In this document: piece after piece, positions 24,562-38,244 of the stretch
Layout of the letters: every line of letters starts with the position of its first letter
How positions within the stretch are numbered: the stretch's first letter is position 1
From: Selaginella moellendorffii
Lineage: Eukaryota > Plantae > Lycopodiophyta
Length of the DNA: 64,000 bases
Assembly (NCBI RefSeq): GCF_000143415.4
Contig: NW_003314277.1
Coordinates: forward strand, 2,199,193 to 2,263,192
Direction: 5' to 3'
Position numbers and translations under genes: made by a program
Notes under the pieces: model-generated
Databases searched by the model: none
The model's input: only the letters and a program-made list of their open reading frames with translations
What the model was told of the DNA's origin: nothing

Positions 24562-25772
24562 GGTTTAGGGTTTTATTCAGGGCATGCTTTAGCATGGGTT
24601 TAGGGTTTACGCAAATACAATAAACCCTAAATTTGCTCGCCAACGAGATCTGTCAACTTCTCCACAGTGCTTCTTTTTCTCAGTAAGTAAAGTCAGGCTT
24701 TGAATTATCATTGTGGTTTGGTTTTCGATAGAATTTGAACTGTTCATATCAGAAAGTAAAATACTGGAGTTTGGTTAAAGTCTGGTTCATATTTTTCACA
24801 AGAACGAAAGGGTTTTAGTTGTGGGTGGTTTTTGTTTATGTCGTTGTATCATCACCCTGTATCATCGCCTTGTGGTTCGGTGATAAAACGATGCGAGAGC
24901 GACAAAATACCCCCTCTGTTTTTGACTGTAAGGACTTGGTTGTGGATCACTGATCTCAGAACTGCAGGGGAATCTTGAGGACACTGATATGGTAATATAT
25001 CATATCAGCCGTGTTTGACTTGTACATCGATCCCTGCTGCTCTTGGGAACGCGAAATTGCTGCCTTGGCATGTGTTTTAGCACAGTCTTTTACAGTTGAT
25101 TGGATAGTATTTGTGTGCAGGGTCTAGAGCAGGCGTACATGTCAATGGTGGGCAGATTCAGGGACCACAGCAAGCACTTCATTGCAGTCATCTTCGACAA
25201 AGCTGCTCATCGCATGCAAAGGGTGGAAGGAGTAACTGTGTTCCCAGGCTACTTTGAGCCGGCCCTTTAGCATCTTGTTGTCTGAAATACATCCTCTACT
25301 GCTTGTCGTATTGCTTTGCAGAGAACGGAGAACGTCAATCCCCAGAACCGTCAGCTGAGTATTCTGTGTGTTTGGATATACAATAGCCTCTTGACGAGGG
25401 TGAGATCATGTGTTCTTCATCTCTTTCCATGGAGAAGAACGGTACTTTAGACCACCTTGTTCTTTAAGAAGGTCCAATAAGGAGGGAGTGAATTCCTTGA
25501 GAAGAACAAGTTGTCTAGGAGAAAAGAGGATTGAACTAAGAACTTTGGAGTGGATGGCGACCTTGAGCTTATTCTTGGTAGTAAGAAGTTGCTCGACTAA
25601 GGCCTTGCACTACTAATTGAGGGCGAGGATCTCTGTGTCACAAGCATGGAGTTTGTCCTCGTCGAAAAGCTAAAAAGCTGTGAAAGTGGGAGTAGTCTGG
25701 TCCTTAACTAAAGAGGCCGGACTGACTACAAAGGGGAGGTGTAATTCATGCCGCATGAACTTCATACAAATA

Positions 25773-26669
<897 letters not shown>

Positions 26670-26823
26670 GGTAGCCAAGAACGAATTTTTAGGGTAACCT
26701 AGCCTATGCGGGAAAATTTTGGAAAGATCTCTTATCTATCTATTCGAGGGGGTTTTGGGGGTTTTATAATATATCGTATATGGAGGCGTTTGATTGATTC
26801 CAAGAGGCTGTGAGAGACGAGCA

Positions 26824-28512
26824 ATGCTGTTAGGGTCTTCGTCGCTGGCAATCGCGTCGTCTAGGTCCAGGATCTTCTCAGCGGCAGCGGCGGCGGCATC
26901 GCGGCGGCACAGCCTCGCCCCGGCTTCTTGCTCCTCCTCATCCCAGGCGCTGCAATGCCGCGATTCTAGAATGGTGGGATCGCCAGTGTTGCCCGCGCGG
27001 CGATCGTTCTGCTCCCGCCGGAGCAGCGCCAGCGCCGATTTTGCGGAGAATGGGCGAGAATCTCCCGACGGCGGCATACATTTGATTCTAGGGCCGATGT
27101 TTGCTGGGAAGACCACGGTGCTGCTCCAGAGGATTCAAGCGGAGGCCGATGCTGGGAGGTATGTGTTCTTCCAAAGAATTCCCTGGTTAGAAGTTTCTCT
27201 AGTTTCTTTGCTTTCTTTGTTTGGAGCATTGGAACGATCTGTTTGCATTTCTTTCTTGTTTATATTTGTTCTTTCGCTCGTTCGTGTTTGTGAGGAGTGT
27301 AGATCATTAGAACTCCCTGGTTGCATTTTCATTTTCGGTTTGTTTGTTCTTGCGCTCGTTCGTGTTCGTGAAAGGAATCGTAGAAATCCCTGGTTAGAAG
27401 TTTCTTTGCGTTCTTTCTCTGAAGCATTGGAGCGATCTCTTTGCATTTTCTTTCTCGTTTATGTGGGTCGTTAGCTCGTTCTTGTTCGTGAAAGGAATCG
27501 TGTAATCCCTGCTTAGAAGTTTCTTTGTTTTCTTTGTTTGAGCATTGGAACGATCTCTTTCTCGTTTATGTTTGTTCTTTTGCTCGTTCGTCTTCGTAAA
27601 AGGAATCGTGTAGATCGAGCATTAGCTCGTGTCCACCGTCCTAAGCACGATCTTATGGCTAAATCTTTTTTGTCCATTTGAGGCAATCAGTCTATAACGC
27701 TTCCTTCGCCATCCTTGTCGTGACGGGGCTCGAACAGCTCCACAAAAGAAGAAGTCGAGATTTTTGCTTCTGTTTTCTAGCGCATCTACAACTGGTGGAA
27801 CATCGTTCTCACATTTGTTTCGTTGCTTTTCTTGTTTATTCCAGGAGAGTCGCCTTGGTGAAATCGGACAAGGACACAAGATATGGCCTCGGCTGCATCG
27901 TCTCGCACAGCGGCAAAAAGATGCACTGTGCCGCCGTTGCATCGCTCTCCGACTTTAAGTCAAACAAGCCCGAGCTCTACGCACAGGTACTCAAAACTTC
28001 CAAAACGAAAAATCAAAAAATCTTTCACTTGGATTCCAACCAGGCCGAGATCATCGGCATTGACGAGGCGCAGTTCTTCGACGATCTCTTGAGCTTCTGC
28101 CAGTCGGCGGCCGACTGGGACGGCAAAACTCTCATCGTTGCTGGGCTGGACGGCGATTTCTTGAGGTACCAAGAACCAAAAAAACTCTCTTTTTTTTTAT
28201 CTCTGTTCCTCGATCCGTCGCAGGCAGCGCTTCGGCTCGGCGCTGGATCTCGTCCCCCTGGCCGACTCCGTGACCAAGCTCTCGTCGAGGTGTGAGATTT
28301 GCGGCCGGGCCGCGGCATTCACGTTTCGAAAGACGGACGATCGACGCAAGGAGGTGATCGGCGGGGCGGACATCTACATGCCCGTGTGTAGGAAGCACTA
28401 CGTGAACGGACAGTTCGCCATGGAAGCCGCGCGAAGTGTGGTTCTGGAATCCCACTCGCCGCAACGCGACCCTTGTTCGTCCTCGCCAGAGAGAAAGCTC
28501 GCGATTGGCTAA
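26824..28512 (+). CDS. TK1: Thymidine kinase (TK1 type) with organellar transit peptide, 4 exons
   Basis: [55 protein letters not shown]. Confidence 0.95.
27176..27620 (+). repeat. Degenerate tandem repeat (3-4 units of ~75-135 bp) in TK intron 1
   Basis: Recurrent CCCTGGTTAGAAGTTTCT..GCATTGGAACGATCT..GCTCGTTCGTGTTCGTGAAAGGAATCGT. Confidence 0.8.
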
Positions 28513-29255
28513 CTTCCCATTAACTTAGCTTAACTTAATCTCGCTGGTATATGCCTCTTAGATTTAGGATATTCTGTCAATTTCCTTGAATATTCTAAGG
28601 TATATTCTATCTCTGTTAGGTCTTGCCTTAAGGATGTTGATTAGAGTAAGCTGGGGATTAGCTTAATGATAGCTTTAGGGCAGAATAAAAAGGAGGCCAG
28701 GGCTGCCAGCGTGCCCTTTTTTGCTCCCATTCCCAGACGCTTGCGCCTAGCGGCTAAGCTCTCCTCTAGCACGGCCTAGCAGCAAATCCTTGGAATCGCG
28801 GGAGCTGGCGGACTGATTGCGCCCACGAGCCTCGCATCGTCGCCCCAGCGCCGCGCCGCACCGCGCCGCGCATCGCCATCGCATCGGCATCGCGCATCGA
28901 GCGAGAGAGGAGAAAATTTCCAGGGTTTTTGGTTTTTGTGGTAGCATTCCCGGGAGCCCCGATGGATGAGGGCGCGGGATTTGGCAGCAGGTGTAGGGAA
29001 TTGCGGTCCTGGGCAGGGATCGCCGGATTGCGGTGAAATGTGGCGGCGTGGGAGATTTTGAGCCTCGTCGTCCCCTCTCCCTTTTCTTCCCTTTTCATCC
29101 CTTTTGGAGAATCGCTGCATAGGAGCTGAGAATTATCGCAGTGGAGGGCAGTGGGGGCTGTATGTAATGGTGCAGTGGTGGCAGCTGATAGAGCCCACCT
29201 CCTCTGGGTGCTGGTGTCGCCACTCCTCTACTAAACGCTCACTTAGGGTTCCTCG

Positions 29256-30548
29256 ATGTCTCGGTGTCATCCATACCCGCCACCGGGATACGAAAAGAAA
29301 GCCACCACCGAGCTCATTGCGGACATAGTTCCTGCTGCTCAGGTTGGTGCCTCTTCGTTTTTTTTTTCCCTTGCTAGATAAAAGAGAACTCTTTTTCTTT
29401 TGCTCGAAGTGTGTACTAATGCTGCCGTTTTTTTTTTTCTTGTTTCTTTTCTCTTCGATTCTCAAGGTTGCTACTTCCAAGGAGAAGCACAAGCACAGAG
29501 ACAAAGAGAAGAAGAAGAAACGAAAGAGGGACGACAAGAATGAGAATAATTCACGTAAGTAACTTTCCTTTGTGTGCGTGTGCATGGCTTAGCCTGTTGG
29601 GACCTTGGGATCCACTTGCCTGTGTTTACAGACAAGGATAAGCGATCTAGCAAGAACCAAAAGACGCACGCCAGTAGCAACGATGTTTCTGGGGGAGAGA
29701 ATGGGAGGTTGCAAGCTGCTGCTGATAGCAAGAGTGCCACTGGCTCGACAAAGGCTGGAAAAGGTTTGCAAGATGCGAAGCTATCGGACAGGGTCACGGG
29801 GACTGGGACTGGGTGGCAAGAAGCAAAAGCTCCCGAGACTGGGAAGGCCGTTCTCCAGGAAGCGAAAGCGACCGAGACAGGCAAGGTTTTGGAAGCGAGG
29901 AGCTCTAGTTCTACTCAAGTCCTGGATGGAAGCTCCAATTCCAAGTCCAACTCCAACTCCAAGGCCGGGGTGGCGGCAGCAGTGGCGAGCACTTCCAAGT
30001 ACGTAGTTACAGACACCGAGATAAATGGCAAGGTTCCTTTAGTTATGGTAAAGCCGCTCGACACCGGGCAAGTAGTAGCACAGCAGCAGGGACAGCAACA
30101 CCAACACCACCAAGATCAAAAGATAGAAGACGATCGAGGCAAGAGGGAGGATCAAGAGAGAGAGAACGATCGAGCGAAGAGGGAGGATCAAATGAAGGAA
30201 GACGATCGAGCGAGGAGGGAGGATCAAAAGAAGGAAGACGGTCGAGTAAGACGGGAGGATCAAGAGCAAAAGCAGGATACAAAGAAGAAATCGCCACCAA
30301 GTGTGGAGAAGGAGAAGGAGAAGGAGAAGCGGCATAGATTTCCAGAGATCAAGCTTGCGGAGATCAAGGAGGAGAGGCTTGAGGAGGACGACGCGCACCT
30401 CGAGTGGCTGTATCATAAGAGGAGAAGGGACGAGGGGAAGAAACCAGGGGAGGAAAAGGAGAGGGAGGAGGAAGACCAGGTTTGGGCCGAGGCGCGATTT
30501 CTTCCAGCCGTGGGCGTGTATGCGTTGCCGTACGTGGTTCCATACTGA
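29256..30548 (+). CDS. Conserved plant Lys/Glu-rich protein of unknown function (MSRC.P.PPPGY ... ALPYVVPY family), 3 exons
   Basis: N-terminus MSRCHPYPPPGYEKK, poly-K/E tract, C-terminus EWLY...QVWAEARFLPAVGVYALPYVVPY*; internal 30-bp repeats at 30129-30265. Confidence 0.8.
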
Positions 30549-31520
30549 GAGGAGGACGCCTGGTACTTAAGTTTCTCCACGTTTTTTACTTTTTTCTTTC
30601 TTTTTTTTTTTTGGGCTCCTAGTTTGAAATGTGGTATTGGTAACATTTTTTCAATGAGATTTAGGGGCTTAAACCTGCGGACTGTGAATAGATGTGTCAG
30701 CAGACCCGTGGAAAAAAATATTTCTTCTTTAGCTGTTTCAAACGTTTTTTTCTTTTTCTTACACTTTTTAAAAATAGCTCAATTAAAAATTATAATTACA
30801 GTTAGTTTGAATATTTCTCTCTTTTTTCGTTTTAATTTTAAAATAATTAGAACAATTACAGTAACTAAGTTATTTACTGAACATATTATGATATAAAGGA
30901 AATATAATAGATCATAATATAATAGAAAAGAATAATTTAAGTTAAAAATATTTTCACCTTTTCTAATTTATAGTTAGAAAATAATATATTTAATTATATA
31001 AATAATGAGAAAAATTAATCCACCTTCATTCATAATTCATAACTACGTATGACATTTGAAGTAACAAAAATCTTGAAATGTTATAACAATAGTTATTATT
31101 AATGTAGTTAAACTACAGAATTTGAAGTTATTATATTAGACTTTTTAAAATAAAAACAAATATATTTATTTTAATGGTTTTTATATATTTATAGCTTAAT
31201 GAATAAAATATATTCTAACAAACCAATGTATTTCATTTATATGAAAAATAAAAATCACAAATTAATGTGAATTCAAAATATCAAATTTGAGGACTATTCT
31301 TTTTGCTACCAACTTCAAAAGGTAAGTTATTAATAAATTATTAAGTTCATGTAAGTTAAAAATGATGATATTTGATGATACTATTATTCCTATTTCACAT
31401 ATTTTATAAATTCTTCATTTTGGTAGACTTATTTTTAAAATGTATATTATTGTTATAGAATTTATCATTAGATTTTAAAGAAAAGTTGCAAAATCATCGT
31501 TTTTGCTTCAGGCTTCACTT

Positions 31521-34500
31521 TGTGAGTGCATGGAATATGGAAAGGGAATACAGAAATGTGCATATCAATTAGCCCAAAAACCCTAGCTTATATATAAGAG
31601 TAAATGGTCTAGATTGAAACTAATCTGACAGCTACCAAAATCCCACTACGCTAATCTTAGTATACGGCATCGTAGCTGTACACTTGGCCCTCACATCATC
31701 CCCTCCTCTTGAAATAATGGAAAACCATCAAGGTTCTCTTATAGACGGGCCGGGATTTGAAGGAACGTCAGGAGGAGGCATTAGTAAATTTGTAGGTGGT
31801 ATTAACTGCTCCTGATCCCTTTGTATGAAGTGTTTCAACCACTACACATGCACAATCTCTAGAGGATTAGTCTGCTGGACATCATGCCAAACCTTATAAA
31901 CTTGTGGTCCAACTTGCCGTAACACCTGATATGGTCCTTTCCACTGTGTAAGGAGCCCCTTAGATAAACCATGTACCGTAAGATGGGGAAAATGGACTAA
32001 CACCAAATCATCCACTTTGTACTCTGCAGGTGGATAATGATGTGAGTTGTATTGCTAGTGTTGTCCCACTTGTACGTAGCCTAAGTGTTCGGCAGACTCC
32101 ACTCGGACAAGTGGAAGAATGTTCATCAAATACTAATCCCATGACCTAGCATCCGCAACTCATGGCAATTGCGAAGGTAAACCCAAGTCCGTTGGTAATA
32201 TTAGATCATGACTATATAGGAGTTTATATGGTGAAGCACCAATAGAACTTTGCACCCCTGTGACATATGTATACCGAAGAGACGGCAAATGACCATCCCA
32301 ATCCGAATGTTGAAAGTTCACATGCTTTGCAATTATCCCCTTGAATCTCTGAACGAGCCATTCCACCAGACCGTTTGATTGTGAATGATAAGCACTCGTG
32401 AAAGTGTGGTGTATCTCCAACCGAGACGTCAAAACATGAAATGCCTCAACCATAAATGCAGGACCATTATTCGAAAGAATCTACTCTGGACAAGAATGCT
32501 AGAACACCACTCGATTAAGGAGGAAGTATCCAACAGTAGTTCTAGAGGTGCTAGCAAGAGCACCAACTTCCACCCAACGATTCAAGCAATTAGAAACAAT
32601 AATAACATACTCATTACCAGTAGTTGACTATAGAAAAGGTCCCATAAGATCAAACATCACCAACTCAAGCGGATGGGAAACTGTAATTGACTCCAATTGT
32701 CCTTCCGCAGCTTGAGGGGGAGTATTACGAACTTGGCACCAAACGCAGTTACGCACATACTGGATAATATCATATTGCATCTCCGGCCAATAGAAAGACC
32801 TGCGCAGCTTCTCAGTTACACGACAATGTCCCATATGCCCACCTAAAATAGGAGAATCATGGTAGGCATGGAGAAACCGTGAAATAAAGATAGAAGGCAC
32901 CACCAACTGTAAATGATCATCAGGATCCGTCCCCACAAAATAAAGAAGGCTGTCTTCAAGGTGATATTGAGAATGTAAATGCTAGAAAGGCAAGTCATCA
33001 ACAAGTGATGTAGGATTCTCAAACCCATCTCGAAGCTTTCGAATCTACGCCTCAATATTTTGAGCCTCGTAAACCTCATCAAAAGAAGGTAAATATTATT
33101 TTGCACTTTGTGGACACTGAACATCAAATACAGCAACTGCCGACGGCACAAAATCCTCATCTAGAAAATCCACAGAAGCTGGAACAACAAGCTCATCAAA
33201 AACATGAGAAGAGAATGGAGAAGGAAGAGGAGCTCGAGAAAGGGCATCAGCATCAACCATAAAACTCCCTAGGCGATGAACAATATCAAAATCATATATC
33301 TGAAGCTTCAAAGCTCATCAAGAAGTACGACCAACCAGGTTCTTCCGCTTCAATAATGAAGTAACAGTAGCATGATCACCTTCAAGTAACGTTCAAGAAC
33401 TATGTAGATATGCATGAAGTTTCTCGAAACCCCCCAAACTGCTGCTAAACACTCCTTCTCTGTCGTGGAGTAGTTCATTTCCGCTAGTTATAATGTACAG
33501 ATTATATACACAATGGGATGACACTGACCAAGCACACTCGAGCTTTCTTGCATTAACACACCTCCAAAACTAATGTCACAAGCATCCACACACAAAATAA
33601 AAGGTCGAGTGTAGTCAGGATATGCCAAAACCGGAGGAGTCGTCAACAGCTCTTTGAGATCCCCGAACGCCCACTCACAATCCGGAGACCAAATGAAAGA
33701 TGATGTTGATGACTTCAGTAATGCTCGCAACGGTGCAGTGCGATTAGAAAGATGATCCACAAAACGATCGAGATATTGCACCTTGCCCAAGAAGCATTGC
33801 ACATCATTTGCACACTTCGGAGTAAGGAACTTTAGAACAGCTACAAGTTTGTCAGGATCAACTTGCAAACCCTCATGAGAAATACAGTACCCAAGATAAA
33901 TTGTATCCTTGGACCTAAACATGCATTTCGACCGCTTCAGTTTTAAACCAACATCGCATAGCCGATCCAACACTTTACAAACATCATGAACGTGCTCCTC
34001 CCACGTCCCCTCCGAGTGGATCAAGACATCATTAATGAAGTTAGTAGTCACCTTCGACATATCATAAAGAACTTCATCCATCATTCGCTGGAAAGTTATT
34101 AGAGCATTGTTCAAACCAAACGGCATCACCAAGAACTCATAAAAACCAAATGGTGTACGAAAAATAGTCTTAGGAATATCTTCTTTGGCCATCGGTACTT
34201 GCTAGTATTCAGAAGCAAAATCTAGCTTGGTGAACCAACGACTTCGCCCCAGACGATCCAAGAGATCAGCAGTGTGAGGAAGAGGGTACACATCTGGGAT
34301 CGTCACTTCGTTTAACAGACAATAGTCGATGCAGAAATGAATACTCTCATTAGGCTTCGTCACAAGATGAGGTTCACATGCCCAAGGACTCCGCAACTTT
34401 CGAATAACACCCTTCTCCAACATCTCCTTGACATTTGCACGTAAAATCCAGATCTCCTTGGGTGACCGACGACGAACGGGAACCTTGATTGGACGAGCAT

Positions 34501-36502
34501 CCCCAGTTGGAATTGGATGACGTATGGCAATTTTGGCCTCAGATGATAAGTCAAATTCAAAGAGATTAGAATACTCCTTCATGAGCTGGTCCACCACTGT
34601 AACACAAAGATCGTCTGAGGGATCGGAAAAGGGAAGAGCAGAACAAGATGAAAACACATAAGGAAATAATGGGGGAACAAAAGTAATGGAAGCAGAGGTA
34701 AAAGTAGAGGGACGAAGAGGTATGGAAGTGAGAGGAATGGATGAAACATAAGGAAGTATAAGATAAGGGGGAGAAGCCTCAAACTCACATTTGGCATGAT
34801 TGCACTGCAACCAATCTATACCAGGATGAGGTCAAAAGCTTAACTCGACACCACCCGCAATGACTGCAACTCAAGCTCCAGATCACCCACATGCACAACT
34901 AAGTCCACCTCATCCCGTGCACATGCATGTGTACGGCCATTGCCATAAAGAATGAAAATTGGTTCCGGCGCACGACACAAGTGTAGATGGCAACGTGTAG
35001 CAACAGGTCGAGCAATAGAAGATAAACTCGAACTTGTATCAACCAACACAGAGAGAATAATAGGAGATCTCTTGTTATAAAAACGAGTTTGGAAAGTAAA
35101 CACTGGATGAACAGGTGCCGAGTGAACACCTTGATGATACTCTCAAAAGAAAGATGAAAGGGTCACTGACTTATTCGCGCAAGGTCCCTCCATTACTCGC
35201 GTGACTCCTCGTTTCTCAGATGTATCTTAGTGTCCAAACCATCCACTGCAACAACACCAACAAGATGTTGCTAACGCCAAGGTCTCCACCCAAGAAATGG
35301 AAGTCGCCAATCTGGAAACCACTGACAATGCCGATAAGTATGACCAACTTCATCACATGCCTAACAACAAACATCATGGCCACGACCACGTCCTCAAACT
35401 TGTCCTTGGACTCAAGCAGCAGCAGCATCAACCTCCATTGGAATAGGACCATCACCCAAAGGAAGTGGAGCAGAAGGACGTGCAACAAGAAGTGGAAGAG
35501 GCGATGTCTCATAACATTGTGCCAAGCGAAGAGCATCATCAAAGGTGGCAGGAGCAAGTGCATGCACAAATCCGACAAAATCTTGACGAAGTGCTGGCCA
35601 CAACATTCCTAACTTGATCCGCTCCGACATATTTAGCTCTGCACAAAGCAAAAGATTTCGGAAACGAATGCCAAATTGCATCATCGACTCAGATGGCCCT
35701 TGGCGAAGACAATGCAATTGTTGGAAGGCATTATCACAGTCGTCAGCATGTTCGAAGGCGCGTTTGAAGACGTCTGGAAGAACACTCTAATCCTCACAAG
35801 TGGTTGTGCTCAGACCATTGTACCATTGCAACGCTGTCCCTTGGAGACACGTGGGAAACTCACGCAAACGTCGAGCATCATCCCAAGAATGATATGTGGC
35901 AATCACTGTGAAGTGATCAAACCAATGATACATATCATCCCCAGGATTCCCACAAAAGAACTCCGGCCGAACGCGAGGATTAGCACCAAGAGCATGAGGA
36001 GTTGTACCACATGCCGTGAATGCTGCCATCAACTGAGTTTGGTTGTTCAATTGCAAACATATAGCATCAAGCAATTGTACCAACTGGTGCTCCAAAGTCA
36101 AAGGAGGAAATTGTTGATTTGCCATGAAGACGGATGAAGAAAGAGCAAAAGAAGAGAAACAACAAAAAGCATGGAAGATCTAGACAATGCAAAAAAAAGT
36201 TAGATTTAAACCAAAATCCTGAAATGGAAAAACAAAAGAAAGGGAATGGAAAAAACTAAATTTAAACCAAAATCCTAAATTCAAGCATTCCTCAAGGACA
36301 ATTAAAAGTGCCCCTCACTTTTAACAATGTGAGTGCATGGAATATGAAAAGGGAATACAAAAATGTGTATATCAATTAACCTAAAAACTCTAGTTTATAT
36401 ACAAGAGCAAGTGGTCTAGATTGAAACTAATTTCACGGCTACCAAAATCCCACTACATTAATATTAATATATGGCATCATAACCATACACTTAGCCCTCA
36501 CA
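31521..36502 (-). mobile_element. Full-length decayed Ty3/gypsy element without chromodomain: 175-bp LTRs (31521-31695, 36328-36502), gag-PR-RT-RH-INT, PPT ~31697-31712
   Basis: TG..CA LTRs; gag PEFFCGNPGDD..W, PR LVDTSS, RT YEFLVMPFGL/FINDVLIH, RH DACDISFGGVL, INT HHCC and SAYHSQSNGLVE; many stops. Confidence 0.95.
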
Positions 36503-36970
36503 AGTTGTTATTATAAGTTCTTTAAAAAATGGAGTGAGAACTTAGAAGTTGGCCACAACTACTAACTCCCAAACTTAAACTAGGTCCCAATCAGGCACAC
36601 ATAAACTGTAAACACCATTTTATATCCTTACATCACATTGTGGCAGCCACTCGTCCAGTTAGTGTAGAACTGATAAATCTACCCATATCAAGGTCGTGAA
36701 TCCTCAATCATAAGCATCCCTAGTGTCAAAAGGCACACAACACTAAAAAAGATAAATAGTGTTTAAAACCGTAAAAAAGGTTTAGTACCACCTTCTCCAA
36801 TCAATATAAACTCCGTCGTCTGGTGCGAATTCTCCACCGCCTTGGACACCCGGATCGCCGCCAGCCACAGTTCTTGAGCCTCGCCGAGCAGCTTCCACAC
36901 TGATCCCGAGGGTGCTCGTCACCATCGTCACGCACAACAACATACTTCATTGGATTTACAATCATCGCAG

Positions 36971-37987
36971 CTATACCATTACTTGATTTCCAGGAGCAAC
37001 AGTTACAGGGATTCCCGAGTATGTCCCTCGCTCTTTCATTTCTCGGTACTCTTGGCACACTGCGCAGGGATGGCAGCACAAGTGCGTGAGAAAGTCGCCG
37101 CACGGAGCATCCTGGAAAACACACAAAAAAAAAAGAAGAAAAGAAATCGTTGGTCAGATACACAAGGAAAGCAGATCGCTTCAACTTGAAAAGAACTTGG
37201 AAACTGTGAGATGGAGTTACCTCGAGATTATACTTGTCTCTCAGTGTTTTCCTGTAGCCACAAGCGTAGCATGACACGCATGACGCAGCGACGCCGAGAG
37301 CAGTTCCTTCCGTCAGTGCGCAGCAAAGTCCAGTGACAGCGCCCCAAAGAAGAAGATGCATCACGCACGGCCCGACCCACGGCCGATCTTCCAGAGTCTC
37401 CACATTCCGGCCAAAGAGTATACAGGGGCAAAACAAACCAAGGCAGCCTACACACAAGAAAAACCAAGGAAATGGATTAGAACTCTTATGAAACAAGCAT
37501 AACTAGAGAACAGTGAATGAAACTCAGAACAAACAACACTCTACTATGCATCAAAGAGTTGGAAAGCTTTGTCAAACAAACAAGAAAACCAAGAGGAAAT
37601 GGATATGAAACACCCGTCCCAGAGAACCAACGTGAAAACGAAAACGAAGAACAAAACTTAGAACTCTAAGCATCAAAGAGTCCCTCCCATACTGGAAAAC
37701 TTTAGAAATAAAACAAGGAAGCTCAAATCAATCGAAAAACTAAAGAGTCGAGAGCAGCCAAAATCGAGACTGGAAACTCACCGGAAAGCCCAAAATAGGG
37801 AAAGAAAAAAAATGCGAAGCACAGGAGGAAAGATCGATCACTCACAGCTCGGAATATCGTCGGAGCAAGCGCAAATCCCAGAGGTCCAGCGCAGGGGGCG
37901 CTCATGCTGATGGAAGGGCACGGTGCCATCCTCTGCTGCTAGCGGCTGGTAGCTCGCCCTCGAGGAAGAGAGCTCCGGCGCATCCAT
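36971..37987 (-). CDS. PLAC8 / cell number regulator (CNR/PCR) family protein, 3 exons
   Basis: [60 protein letters not shown]. Confidence 0.92.
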
Positions 37988-38244
37988 CACCACGATCGCT
38001 GGCGCAAGCCCTAAACCTTGGAGAACGAAGGCGTACGGAACAAGGTAAAGGTGAAACTCATGGCACGGTATTTTAATTTCGTGGGCTATGTTTTTAGGGT
38101 TTCGCTGGTCCTCCCCGCGCTGTAGATAGATTCGCGCGCGTTTTCCTTTGCTCAGCGCCGGGAGCTGGATCGCGCGATCTAGCCTAGCAGCGGTGTGGAA
38201 ATATGGGAAATGCGATCGCAGCGATGGCGATCTAGGGGCGGTCC

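Noticed and set aside
25350-25720. Decayed reading frame on the - strand downstream of HINT2
   Set aside because: Multiple stops and no recognisable motif.
30650-31520. Very AT-rich tract
   Set aside because: No termini, ORF or repeat structure discernible; likely decayed intergenic or TE DNA.
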